Origin: Methylococcales bacterium
GTDB lineage: Bacteria > Pseudomonadota > Gammaproteobacteria > Methylococcales > Methylomonadaceae
Assembly: GCA_026398935.1 (NCBI GenBank)
Contig: JAPLRW010000271.1
Location: 1,132 to 65,131, forward strand
Reading direction: 5' to 3'
Length of the DNA: 64,000 nt
Shown here: in pieces, positions 30,631 through 40,453 of the stretch
Layout of the letters: each line of letters begins with the position of its first letter
Position numbering within the stretch: position 1 is the first letter of the stretch
Position numbers and translations under genes: made by a program
The notes under the pieces: model-generated
Database searches by the model: none
Told to the model about the DNA's origin: nothing
The model's input: only the letters and a program-made list of their open reading frames with translations

Positions 30631-30861
30631 TCATACCATCACAATTAAAAAAACGACAAACAGCACAACAAAACCCAATGGTAGTAAAACCGCAAACCAA
30701 TCCGACGGTACGCTTTTGCTGCGCTGAAACGCTAATTTCGTACCGGATTGCATCCAAAAAACCACCATTAACACCAGTGCGCCCAGTATTAAATTTTCCC
30801 ACCAAGCATAAGACTGCATAAGCGCCTCACTCTTAAATAACGCAATAGTACCATATGCCAC
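30631..30861 (-). CDS. small two-TM membrane protein (hypothetical)
   Basis: 76 aa with two clear hydrophobic helices. It ends 1 nt before the yjgA start codon. No family recognised, and the start is uncertain. Confidence 0.4.
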   Translation of the reverse strand: MAYGTIALFKSEALMQSYAWWENLILGALVLMVVFWMQSGTKLAFQRSKSVPSDWFAVLLPLGFVVLFVVFLIVMV

Positions 30862-31015
30862 CCCTTATAACAGGTGGATTTTCTTGTGAAATCATTCTTA
30901 TGGGGCAACTTAAATGACAATCACCAGAGAATAATTCCTCACAGAAAAACTAATATTTTTATCCATTCTGAAATTTGCGATAATGACCACTTTTCAGTCA
31001 GAGAATTTACAAGAC

Positions 31016-31927
31016 ATGTGGTTTAAAAATCTTACCTTATTTCGCTTTACGGAACCTTTCACCCTTTCCCCTGCAGAGGTAGAGGAAAAACTTCAGGCTA
31101 TGCTATTTAAACCGTGCGGCAATCATGAAGAAGCCAGTTTTGGCTGGACAGCACCGCTAGGCAAAGCCTCTGACCAACTGGTACACGCCAATAATGGCTT
31201 TATGATGCTGTGCTCCAAACGAGAAGAGAAAGTATTGCCCGCAGCGGTGGTCAGTGAAATGGTGCAGGAAAAAATTCTTGAAGCGGAAGAGCGTGAAAGT
31301 CGCAAGCTGTCGAAAAAAGAACGCACTGATATTAAAGATGAGATTATTTTTGACTTACTTCCCAGGGCATTTGCATTTTCACGTAAAACATACGCATACA
31401 TTGATCCCAAAGGGGGTTGGTTGGTGGTCGATTCTGCCTCGGCTAAAAAAGCGGAAGATTTATTAAGCAATCTTCGCAAATGTTTGGGCTCCTTGCCAGC
31501 CATTCCCCCTGTAACGGTGACAAAGCCGATTTTAACCTTAACGCAATGGCTTTTTTCGGACGAATTACCGCCAGCAGACATTACCATTGAAGACGAGTGT
31601 GAATTGCGTTCGCCTGAAGAAGCGGGAGGTACGATTCGCTGTAAGCGCCATGATCTGGCGCTACCTGAAATTAAAAACCACTTAGATATTGGCAAGCAAG
31701 TTATCAAACTCGCCATTACTTGGGAAGATAGACTCAGCTTTATCATTGATGAAAACCTAGGCATTAAGCGCTTAAAATTTCTGGATCTTATACAGGAACA
31801 AGTAACGGACACCGCCGCAAATGATGAGATTGAACAGTTTGATGTTGATTTTTCAATCATGACTGCGGAGCTATCTAACTTCTTGCCCCGCTTACTGGAA
31901 TTGTTTGATGGAGAGCTTAAGTCCTAA
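31016..31927 (+). CDS. rdgC: recombination-associated protein RdgC
   Basis: MWFKNLTLFRF is the canonical RdgC N-terminus. That gives about 303 aa from ATG 31016, while the ORF is open from 30983. Confidence 0.92.
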   Translation: MWFKNLTLFRFTEPFTLSPAEVEEKLQAMLFKPCGNHEEASFGWTAPLGKASDQLVHANNGFMMLCSKREEKVLPAAVVSEMVQEKILEAEERESRKLSKKERTDIKDEIIFDLLPRAFAFSRKTYAYIDPKGGWLVVDSASAKKAEDLLSNLRKCLGSLPAIPPVTVTKPILTLTQWLFSDELPPADITIEDECELRSPEEAGGTIRCKRHDLALPEIKNHLDIGKQVIKLAITWEDRLSFIIDENLGIKRLKFLDLIQEQVTDTAANDEIEQFDVDFSIMTAELSNFLPRLLELFDGELKS

Positions 31928-32436
31928 TGCCTCATGCGCTGCCCTTTTTATTGATGCTCCTGGTCAGTCAATCGCCATTAGCCATAAACAATGGATCTAG
32001 TCGCGGTAACGCAGTGGACAGGAATGATGCACTATCCTATAAGGATATTGCATTGAACGCGGCGCGGGTGCGTTATTACTTGAGCACCCTAACCTTGCGC
32101 CTTGGATTACCTGCCTATACCAGTCCACCTTTTGAAGAAGATATGCGGGTATTTCCTAAAGACGTTGAAACATTACGCCATGCGCTAACCGTTAATACCC
32201 GTCAGCACCCAGCCAGTGCCGCCATTAAAGTAGCCTGGGAAGGTGATGCATTAACTATTCAAATTGATCCGCAATTAAAAGCCACGCATCTTGATGATGA
32301 GGCGCTCCTGCAGTCGGCGCTCACGCTTATTCAGCAAGCCAACAATAACAAACTTCCCATTATTAATGGTCGAGCATTAAAGGCGGCGTTAGAGAAAAAA
32401 GACGGCATTCCAGTGAAAATTTTTAAACGGAGATAG
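31927..32436 (+). CDS. hypothetical exported protein
   Basis: 169 aa with a signal-peptide-like N-terminus (MPHALPFLLMLLVSQSPLA). Its ATG overlaps the rdgC stop (TAATG). No family recognised. Confidence 0.45.
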   Translation: MPHALPFLLMLLVSQSPLAINNGSSRGNAVDRNDALSYKDIALNAARVRYYLSTLTLRLGLPAYTSPPFEEDMRVFPKDVETLRHALTVNTRQHPASAAIKVAWEGDALTIQIDPQLKATHLDDEALLQSALTLIQQANNNKLPIINGRALKAALEKKDGIPVKIFKRR

Positions 32437-32455
32437 TTGTAGTATTTTGAGGCAT

Positions 32456-32493
32456 AAAAAAAGCCCAGTCAGCATTGCCGACTGGGCTTTTTT
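32456..32493. terminator. bidirectional intrinsic terminator
   Basis: An A-run (32456-32461), a 9-bp stem AGCCCAGTC (32462-32470) / GACTGGGCT (32480-32488), then a T-run to 32493. It sits between convergent genes. Confidence 0.85.
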
Positions 32494-32510
32494 ATAATGA
32501 TGCTTAAAGC

Positions 32511-32789
32511 TTATTTCATCATTGATTTTTTGAACATACGATCTAATTTGCTGTTTGTATCTTCAGCAAGTGATGCAGCACGGTTTGCAGCAGCTTCAGC
32601 AGCAGCAGCACGTGAAGAAGCATCAGAAGCAGCACTTGCAGCGCTTGCAGCGTCAGAAGATGCTTTAGAAACGCTAGATTTCATGTCATCAACTTGAGTT
32701 TGAAGATTAGTGATGTCTGAAGTACTAGCACAACCAACTGCTAAACTTGCAACTAAAGAAATAACTGCTAATTTTGATACTTTATTCAT
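32511..32789 (-). CDS. Lpp-like (Braun-type) alanine-rich coiled-coil lipoprotein
   Basis: 92 aa with a signal peptide and lipobox-like LAVGC. The mature part is an Ala/Ser-rich helical repeat, and the protein ends in Lys (..KKSMMK). Confidence 0.75.
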   Translation of the reverse strand: MNKVSKLAVISLVASLAVGCASTSDITNLQTQVDDMKSSVSKASSDAASAASAASDASSRAAAAEAAANRAASLAEDTNSKLDRMFKKSMMK

Positions 32790-32881
32790 TATTTTTTCCT
32801 TACGAAAAGTGATGTTACAACTAAAATTAAAAAAGCTTCAACCCTGTACAATTATGCCTGTTTTTTAAAAATTTTCCAGCT

Positions 32882-33424
32882 TTATTTTATTTTAATGACC
32901 ATTCCGGCGGTGACCCAATGTCTCAAACGATCAATTTGTGCATTGGTTAACGCAATGCATCCGCGCGTCCAATTCATTGATTCATGAATCTTAGGGTCAG
33001 CTCGCCCTAGGCCGTGAATACCGATTCGACCGCCTATCGGCGTGTTTTGCGGTGGAGTACTTCCCCAATCATCTGCGTCAGCAATTGCCGCGTAATGATT
33101 TTGGTTAATTAATCCTTGTTGCAGAGCTTGTTTAGCGTTTTTCTCTGACGGATAGGTAATACCCATAAATACATGAAACGCACTGCGCGTATCAATTGAG
33201 CCAATCCGATACTCACCTAATGGGGTTATTTCATCGCCGACGCGCCGCTTAAATCCAGCACCCCGCTTACCAATTGCAATATTGTCGAAGACTTCCAAAG
33301 TCTTATTTCCCTGATTAACGGAAAGACTTAATGCCTTGGTATCTGCAAGCAACCAAATTTTTTCTCCAGCGAAAGCCGCTGAACTTATCCAACTTAAAAG
33401 CAATAATATGTAAATTCGGCTCAT
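32882..33424 (-). CDS. L,D-transpeptidase (YkuD domain)
   Basis: Signal peptide, then catalytic block IGIHGLG..NWTRGCIALTN (the H..GC motif of YkuD enzymes). Confidence 0.85.
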   Translation of the reverse strand: MSRIYILLLLSWISSAAFAGEKIWLLADTKALSLSVNQGNKTLEVFDNIAIGKRGAGFKRRVGDEITPLGEYRIGSIDTRSAFHVFMGITYPSEKNAKQALQQGLINQNHYAAIADADDWGSTPPQNTPIGGRIGIHGLGRADPKIHESMNWTRGCIALTNAQIDRLRHWVTAGMVIKIK

Positions 33425-33474
33425 AAAACTCTATAAATAAAAGGTATTTTGGTGTAACGTAAACATTCTGTTAA

Positions 33475-35130
<1,656 letters not shown>

Positions 35131-35247
35131 TAAGCCGCTTTAGCGCTTGTTGGCGATAGCGTAACCAGTCGAACGAACGCCTTCGTTTGGTTACGCTTAT
35201 TGCCTGACAAGATCACTTCCCTACAGCAAAAGACCACGTACTGAAAA

Positions 35248-35811
35248 TCAAAACATCAGTCCGACCGCTAAACCAGCACCTGAAAAAGAAATGCTTGCAC
35301 CAGCGGCGCGCTGCCACCATATGCTCCGCGATTTAAGCAACAAACCAACGGCAATACCTAAGCAATGTAACAGCACGGTGGCCAGAAGCATGCCCGTTAA
35401 TGCCGCTGTTGTGTTCAGCTCTTGCCCATGTGCCGCACCGTGAAAGAGCGCAAAGCCAGCGACCAAGATTACTGTGGCAACTTCAGGTAAGTGGCTGCGC
35501 ATCATGACCAGTAAACCAAACAACAGCACTGAAACAGCAACTATCGGCTCAGCCGAGGGCAGAATAAACCCGTTCTGCGCAAGCAACGCGCCGAACAAAA
35601 TCATCACCGCGAAACTGAGTGGCGCAATCCAGATACGGCGCACTGTCGTAGCGCTCCATAACCCAACGGCGAACATTGCCAGCATATGGTCAAGCCCTGT
35701 AAGGGGATGAATGAAGCCCTCTATAAAGCCGAGCGATTGTTCCGTGTGACCGGAATGAGCAAATGCTGGCACTGCGGCGAATAATAATAGCGGAGTAATA
35801 AATTTACGCAT
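35248..35811 (-). CDS. hupE: HupE/UreJ family metal (Ni/Co) transporter-like membrane protein
   Basis: Signal peptide MRKFITPLLLFAAVPAFA, then HPLTGLDHMLAMFAVGLW (the HupE/UreJ motif) and further TM helices. Start 35811 has an upstream AAGAAGGA. The longer ORF reaching 35922 looks like an artefactual extension. Confidence 0.8.
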   Translation of the reverse strand: MRKFITPLLLFAAVPAFAHSGHTEQSLGFIEGFIHPLTGLDHMLAMFAVGLWSATTVRRIWIAPLSFAVMILFGALLAQNGFILPSAEPIVAVSVLLFGLLVMMRSHLPEVATVILVAGFALFHGAAHGQELNTTAALTGMLLATVLLHCLGIAVGLLLKSRSIWWQRAAGASISFSGAGLAVGLMF

Positions 35812-35943
35812 ATATCCTTCTTGATTAAAAAATCGTATTATGAATAGTAATTGGAGAGTGCAAAAATAATAACAGCCTTTTTTGGATAGCGTGTGCCATA
35901 AATTATTCTGGGTGCATTTCATATTCAGTAGACGGTAACGCTT

Positions 35944-37275
35944 TTACTCACCCGCAATAGACATCTGTTCCAGTAAAATCGAACCGCAACGAATATTGCC
36001 GCGCAAATCCATATCATTACCTACCGCGACTATATTTTTAAACATGTCTTTAAGATTTCCAGCAATAGTGATTTCTTCGACCGGGTATTGAATTTCACCG
36101 CGCTCTACCCAGAAGCCCGACGCACCTCGTGAATAGTCGCCAGTAACACTATTAACGCCCTGTCCCATTAATTCAGTCACTAACAGCCCAGTATCCATGC
36201 GCTTTAACAGCGCGGCAAAATCATCACTGCCGGAACTGATTTCCAGGTTATGCACGCCGCCCGCATTACCAGTGGTTTGTAGACCTAATTTCCGCGCGGA
36301 GTAACTACCAAGCACATACCCTTGTACGATACCCTGACTAACAATATCACGGGTCTGCGTAGTAACGCCTTCCGCATCATAAGCAGAGCTTCCTAGCGCA
36401 TTTTTTAGTAAAGGTTGCTCATGAATACGGATGAAGTCTGGAAAGACAGCTTGCCCTAAACTGTCCAGTAAAAAGGAGGTTTTACGGTATAAATTACCAC
36501 CGCTAATCGCGCCCAAAAATGCGCCGATTAAACCACCCGCCACATCAGGAGAATACAACACGGGGCATTGACGCGTACTAATACGACGCGCATCAAGGCG
36601 TTTAATGATACGCTCACCCGCTTTACGACCAATGTCGCTGGCGCTTTCCAGATGCGCTGCATTTCTAGCAACACTGTACCAATAATCCCGCTGCATACTG
36701 TCACCGCGCTGCCCTAAGACCGAGCAACTTAATGAATGGCGTGTCGAGGCGTACCCCTGAATAAAATCCAGACTATTGCCAAAGACGCGTATCCCTTGGT
36801 GTGAGCTTAACGTAGCGCCCTCAGAATTGGTAATGTCCGGATGATACTCCCGTGCCGCTTGCTCGCACTCAATGGCTATCGCAAGCGCTTGTGTCGCATC
36901 CAGTGTCCACGGGTGATACAGGTCTAAATCTGGAAACTGGGTGGCTAATGTAGCCTTATCCGGCAGGCCTGCATAGGCATCTTCGCTGGCAAATCGGGCA
37001 ATGCTGCAAGCGGCCAAGACGGTTTCGTGGATGGATTCAGGCGATAAATCGGTACTGCTGGCCGAGCCTTTACGTTGTCCAAAATAGACGGTAACGCCCA
37101 GACCTTGACCGCAATGGTATTCAATGGTTTCAACATCACCCAGACGCGCAGTAACGGATAAACCGTCATCAACACTGAGCGCCGCTTCAGCAGCCGAAGC
37201 ACCTTGCTTTTTTGCTTCATTCAGCAAGTCTTGCGCGATATTTTTTAAGCGGTTAATTTCTTCCTGATTTTGCAT
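35944..37275 (-). CDS. pmbA: metalloprotease PmbA (TldE)
   Basis: 443 aa of the PmbA/TldD fold family, adjacent to tldD. Its opening residues (QNQEEINRLKNIAQDLLNEAKKQGASAAE) fit PmbA. Confidence 0.9.
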   Translation of the reverse strand: MQNQEEINRLKNIAQDLLNEAKKQGASAAEAALSVDDGLSVTARLGDVETIEYHCGQGLGVTVYFGQRKGSASSTDLSPESIHETVLAACSIARFASEDAYAGLPDKATLATQFPDLDLYHPWTLDATQALAIAIECEQAAREYHPDITNSEGATLSSHQGIRVFGNSLDFIQGYASTRHSLSCSVLGQRGDSMQRDYWYSVARNAAHLESASDIGRKAGERIIKRLDARRISTRQCPVLYSPDVAGGLIGAFLGAISGGNLYRKTSFLLDSLGQAVFPDFIRIHEQPLLKNALGSSAYDAEGVTTQTRDIVSQGIVQGYVLGSYSARKLGLQTTGNAGGVHNLEISSGSDDFAALLKRMDTGLLVTELMGQGVNSVTGDYSRGASGFWVERGEIQYPVEEITIAGNLKDMFKNIVAVGNDMDLRGNIRCGSILLEQMSIAGE

Positions 37276-37328
37276 GAGTGTTTTCTACTAATTGGATAAA
37301 AACAATTTAGCGTATGATCCGCTAACGT

Positions 37329-38777
37329 TTAAACGCGTGTACCACCAACGGTGATGCCATCGATTTTTAAGGTCGGCTGACCCACTCCGACAGGTACACT
37401 TTGTCCTTCTTTACCACACGTACCCACACCACTGTCTAGCGCTAAATCATTGCCTACCATTGATACTTTGGTTAATACGTCGGGGCCGTTACCAACCAAG
37501 GTTGCGCCTTTCACCGGACGCGTAATTTTTCCATTTTCAATCAAGTACGCTTCACTGGCTGAAAAAACGAACTTCCCAGACGTAATGTCAACCTGACCCC
37601 CTCCGAAATTTTTCGCATAAAGACCGTTTTTAACGGAACGGATAATTTCCTCTGGATCACTTGCGCCAGGCAGCATATAGGTATTTGTCATTCTGGGCAT
37701 CGGCATGTGTGCATAGGACTCACGCCGCCCATTGCCCGTAGAGGAAACGCCCATCAATCTTGCATTTAATTTATCTTGCAAATAGCCTTTTAAAATACCT
37801 TTTTCAATTAATACCGTATTTTGTGTGGGCGTCCCTTCATCATCGATACTGAGCGATCCGCGTCTACCCACTAATGTACCGTCATCCACAACCGTACATA
37901 AATCTGACGCAACGCGTTCACCTACCCGACCACTAAACGCCGACGTACCCTTGCGATTAAAATCACCTTCCAAACCATGCCCTATGGCTTCATGCAGTAG
38001 AATACCCGGCCAACCTGAACCTAGTACTACGGTCATATTGCCCGCGGGCGCGTCTTCTGCTTCAAGGTTGACCAACGCTTGCCTTAAGGCTTCTTTGCCA
38101 TAACTCAAAGCTAAATCCTGATCAATAAAATAGCCATAATCTGCCCGTGCGCCACCACCCATACTGCCCCGCTCACGCCGACCATCTGCCGCAACGACGA
38201 TAACGGTTACATTTAAACGCACTAAAGGACGAATGTCGGCGACTAAAGAGCCATCCTGACTAGCCACTAAAATATTGTCATGTACGCCCATTAAGCTAAT
38301 CATCACATCTTCAATGCGACTATCCAGCTGACGTGTTTCAACGTCCAGCTTATGCAGCAAAGCGACTTTTTCTTGATCAGCCAAGGATTTTAACGGATTA
38401 AACGTTGGGTAATACGTCGGCCAGTCCTTAGCGGGTTGCACGTTGACTTTGACGTGCTGCCCTTGCTTAACGATTGCTTTTACATTGTCGGCCGCGCGCA
38501 GTAATATCGGTAGCTCAATGCGTTCACTATAAGCAAACCCAGTTTTCTCACCTGCGACAGCTCGGACACCAACGCCTTGTTCAATACTGTGACTGCCTTC
38601 TTTAACAATTCCCCCTTCCAGCGACCAGGATTCAGAATGGCTAGACTGAAAATAGAGGTCTGCTTCGTCAACAGCAGCACTCAGCAGATTATGCATAACC
38701 TGTTCAATATGCAGCTCCTGAATGCCGTTTGGCGCAAGAATGGCTTGTTTAACTTGATCGAGTAAGTTCATGGGCAC
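37329..38777 (-). CDS. tldD: metalloprotease TldD
   Basis: 482 aa with the [11 protein letters not shown] metal-binding motif and a Gly-rich C-terminus. Confidence 0.93.
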   Translation of the reverse strand: MPMNLLDQVKQAILAPNGIQELHIEQVMHNLLSAAVDEADLYFQSSHSESWSLEGGIVKEGSHSIEQGVGVRAVAGEKTGFAYSERIELPILLRAADNVKAIVKQGQHVKVNVQPAKDWPTYYPTFNPLKSLADQEKVALLHKLDVETRQLDSRIEDVMISLMGVHDNILVASQDGSLVADIRPLVRLNVTVIVVAADGRRERGSMGGGARADYGYFIDQDLALSYGKEALRQALVNLEAEDAPAGNMTVVLGSGWPGILLHEAIGHGLEGDFNRKGTSAFSGRVGERVASDLCTVVDDGTLVGRRGSLSIDDEGTPTQNTVLIEKGILKGYLQDKLNARLMGVSSTGNGRRESYAHMPMPRMTNTYMLPGASDPEEIIRSVKNGLYAKNFGGGQVDITSGKFVFSASEAYLIENGKITRPVKGATLVGNGPDVLTKVSMVGNDLALDSGVGTCGKEGQSVPVGVGQPTLKIDGITVGGTRV

Positions 38778-38862
38778 TCATGATGGGGTTGAACGCGTCA
38801 TTACCTAACGCAGATAAAATTTTTAGACGCTTACCGTCCAATAAATTCAGGGGTTAAATCGA

Positions 38863-38897
38863 CATGGCTAATATCCCTTTGAGGGATGTTAGCCATG
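38863..38897. repeat. 35-nt near-perfect palindrome (nested hairpin) in the intergenic region upstream of tldD
   Basis: CATGGCTAA-T-ATCCCT-ttg-AGGGAT-G-TTAGCCATG gives 15 paired positions with one T/G mismatch. No clear U-tract follows. Confidence 0.6.
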
Positions 38898-38974
38898 CTT
38901 TTACTCATCGTACATCGAAGGTGGCGCGTATTTCCTGTAGTCTTTGACGACTAATACACGTTCCATACTACTTT

Positions 38975-39628
38975 TTAATGTCTTCCACGTCCGTGACGCA
39001 TTTCAGGCTCGACAAAACCATCATGCAAACTTTTATACAGTGTCGCTAATAACCGCAACGCACTATCCTCTGGCCCTTTAACATGGGTATCAACGATCTC
39101 CTCAATGGCATCATCGGGATCTGCTTCAGTCGTAACAGCGCCTATATCTATGGCGGTAATATGCGTGTATTTATTCTGGTTTGTAACCGCTAGCTGGTAT
39201 TTTCGAAGACCATAACTGTCCGCAAACACTTTATCACTTAGCCCCGAAAAAAAGCCCTCGTCAGCACGGTAAGCGTCGGTATCAAAAGTAACCAAATAAT
39301 GTCCCCGTTCACGATCATGATCGGTTATCGCTATTTTTTGATGGCTTAATACTTTTCTTAACAGTTGCCAAGTATTATCAAAATCCATGCTGAGCTTTAA
39401 CACGGGTGCGCTTTTGTTGCCCTGTAAGCTAATCCTGTTGCCCAAACCATTGTGCGCCTGCATTTCATCGGTAATGGCGGCCACCTCACTCACATCGGTG
39501 TGCGGTATAATCTTTAATTGCGGCGGACGTTCCAAATGATCAAAAGCATCCATTGTTTTTGGCTCACTGCTGCACGCTTGTATTAAGAGTGCCGTTAAGG
39601 CGATACTTACTAATTGTTTAATATGCAT
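38975..39628 (-). CDS. hypothetical lipoprotein
   Basis: 217 aa with a signal peptide ending in the lipobox-like LIQACSS. No family recognised. It lies 6 nt downstream of the nitrilase-family gene. Confidence 0.5.
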   Translation of the reverse strand: MHIKQLVSIALTALLIQACSSEPKTMDAFDHLERPPQLKIIPHTDVSEVAAITDEMQAHNGLGNRISLQGNKSAPVLKLSMDFDNTWQLLRKVLSHQKIAITDHDRERGHYLVTFDTDAYRADEGFFSGLSDKVFADSYGLRKYQLAVTNQNKYTHITAIDIGAVTTEADPDDAIEEIVDTHVKGPEDSALRLLATLYKSLHDGFVEPEMRHGRGRH

Positions 39629-39634
39629 GGCAGT

Positions 39635-40453
39635 TTATTGCGTAAAAAAGCGACGATGTTGTAGAACAGGAAAGGCTGCACGCATTTTTTCTAATTTTTC
39701 AAGATCAATGTCCGCACTCACAAAACTACCACCGGTTTTGTGACACGCTAACACGCTTCCCCAAGGATCAATCACCATGCTGTGTCCAAATGTTTGCCGT
39801 CCATTCAAATGGAAGCCGCCCTGATTTGGCGCAATCACATAACATAAATTTTCAATGGCGCGTGCTCGCAATAACACTTCCCAATGCGCCGCACCGGTTT
39901 GAGCGGTAAATGCCGAAGGGACAACCAATATTTGTAGACCTTGCATTTGCATGCTGCGCATCATTTCTGGAAACCGCAAATCATAACAAATCGCAATGCC
40001 CAATTTGCCGAAGGGTGTATCGATAACCAATGGCTCGCTGCCTGCTTCAATAGAGTCAGATTCACGATAAACCTCATCGGTATCCGGCACATTCACATCA
40101 AACAAATGCACTTTGTCATAACGTCCAACCCGTTCACCTTGATCGTTATACACTAAGCACGCGGCTCTAATTTTATCGGCAGCGTTGGCGACCAGCGGAA
40201 CAGTACCCGCGACAATCCATACACCATGTTTTTTAGCCGTTTCGGCTAAAAAATTCTGTATGGGGCCTGCGCCATCTACTTCTTTATGCTTAAGTTTATC
40301 GGTAGCCAACTCGCCCATTAGTGCAAAGTTTTCAGGCAATGCCACTAATTTGGCACCTGCGCGGACTGCTTCTGCGATGAGCTTATCCGCTTCCAGCAAA
40401 TTAAAGTTTACATTCGGAGAAGATGCCATTTGTATGGCCGCACAGTGACTCAT
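39635..40453 (-). CDS. carbon-nitrogen hydrolase (nitrilase superfamily) protein
   Basis: 272 aa with E-K-C triad context (LVALPENF; KVHLFD; GIAICYDLRFPE). Confidence 0.88.
   Translation of the reverse strand: MSHCAAIQMASSPNVNFNLLEADKLIAEAVRAGAKLVALPENFALMGELATDKLKHKEVDGAGPIQNFLAETAKKHGVWIVAGTVPLVANAADKIRAACLVYNDQGERVGRYDKVHLFDVNVPDTDEVYRESDSIEAGSEPLVIDTPFGKLGIAICYDLRFPEMMRSMQMQGLQILVVPSAFTAQTGAAHWEVLLRARAIENLCYVIAPNQGGFHLNGRQTFGHSMVIDPWGSVLACHKTGGSFVSADIDLEKLEKMRAAFPVLQHRRFFTQ

Noticed and set aside
31123-31860. A 245-aa ORF antisense to rdgC.
   Set aside because: It is fully embedded opposite a strongly conserved gene. The Ser-rich, low-complexity translation is a typical shadow ORF.
32497-32697. 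A 66-aa Ala-rich ORF on the plus strand overlapping the Lpp-like gene.
   Set aside because: It is the mirror image of the GCA/GCT-rich repeat region. The minus-strand frame has the signal peptide, lipobox and terminator context.
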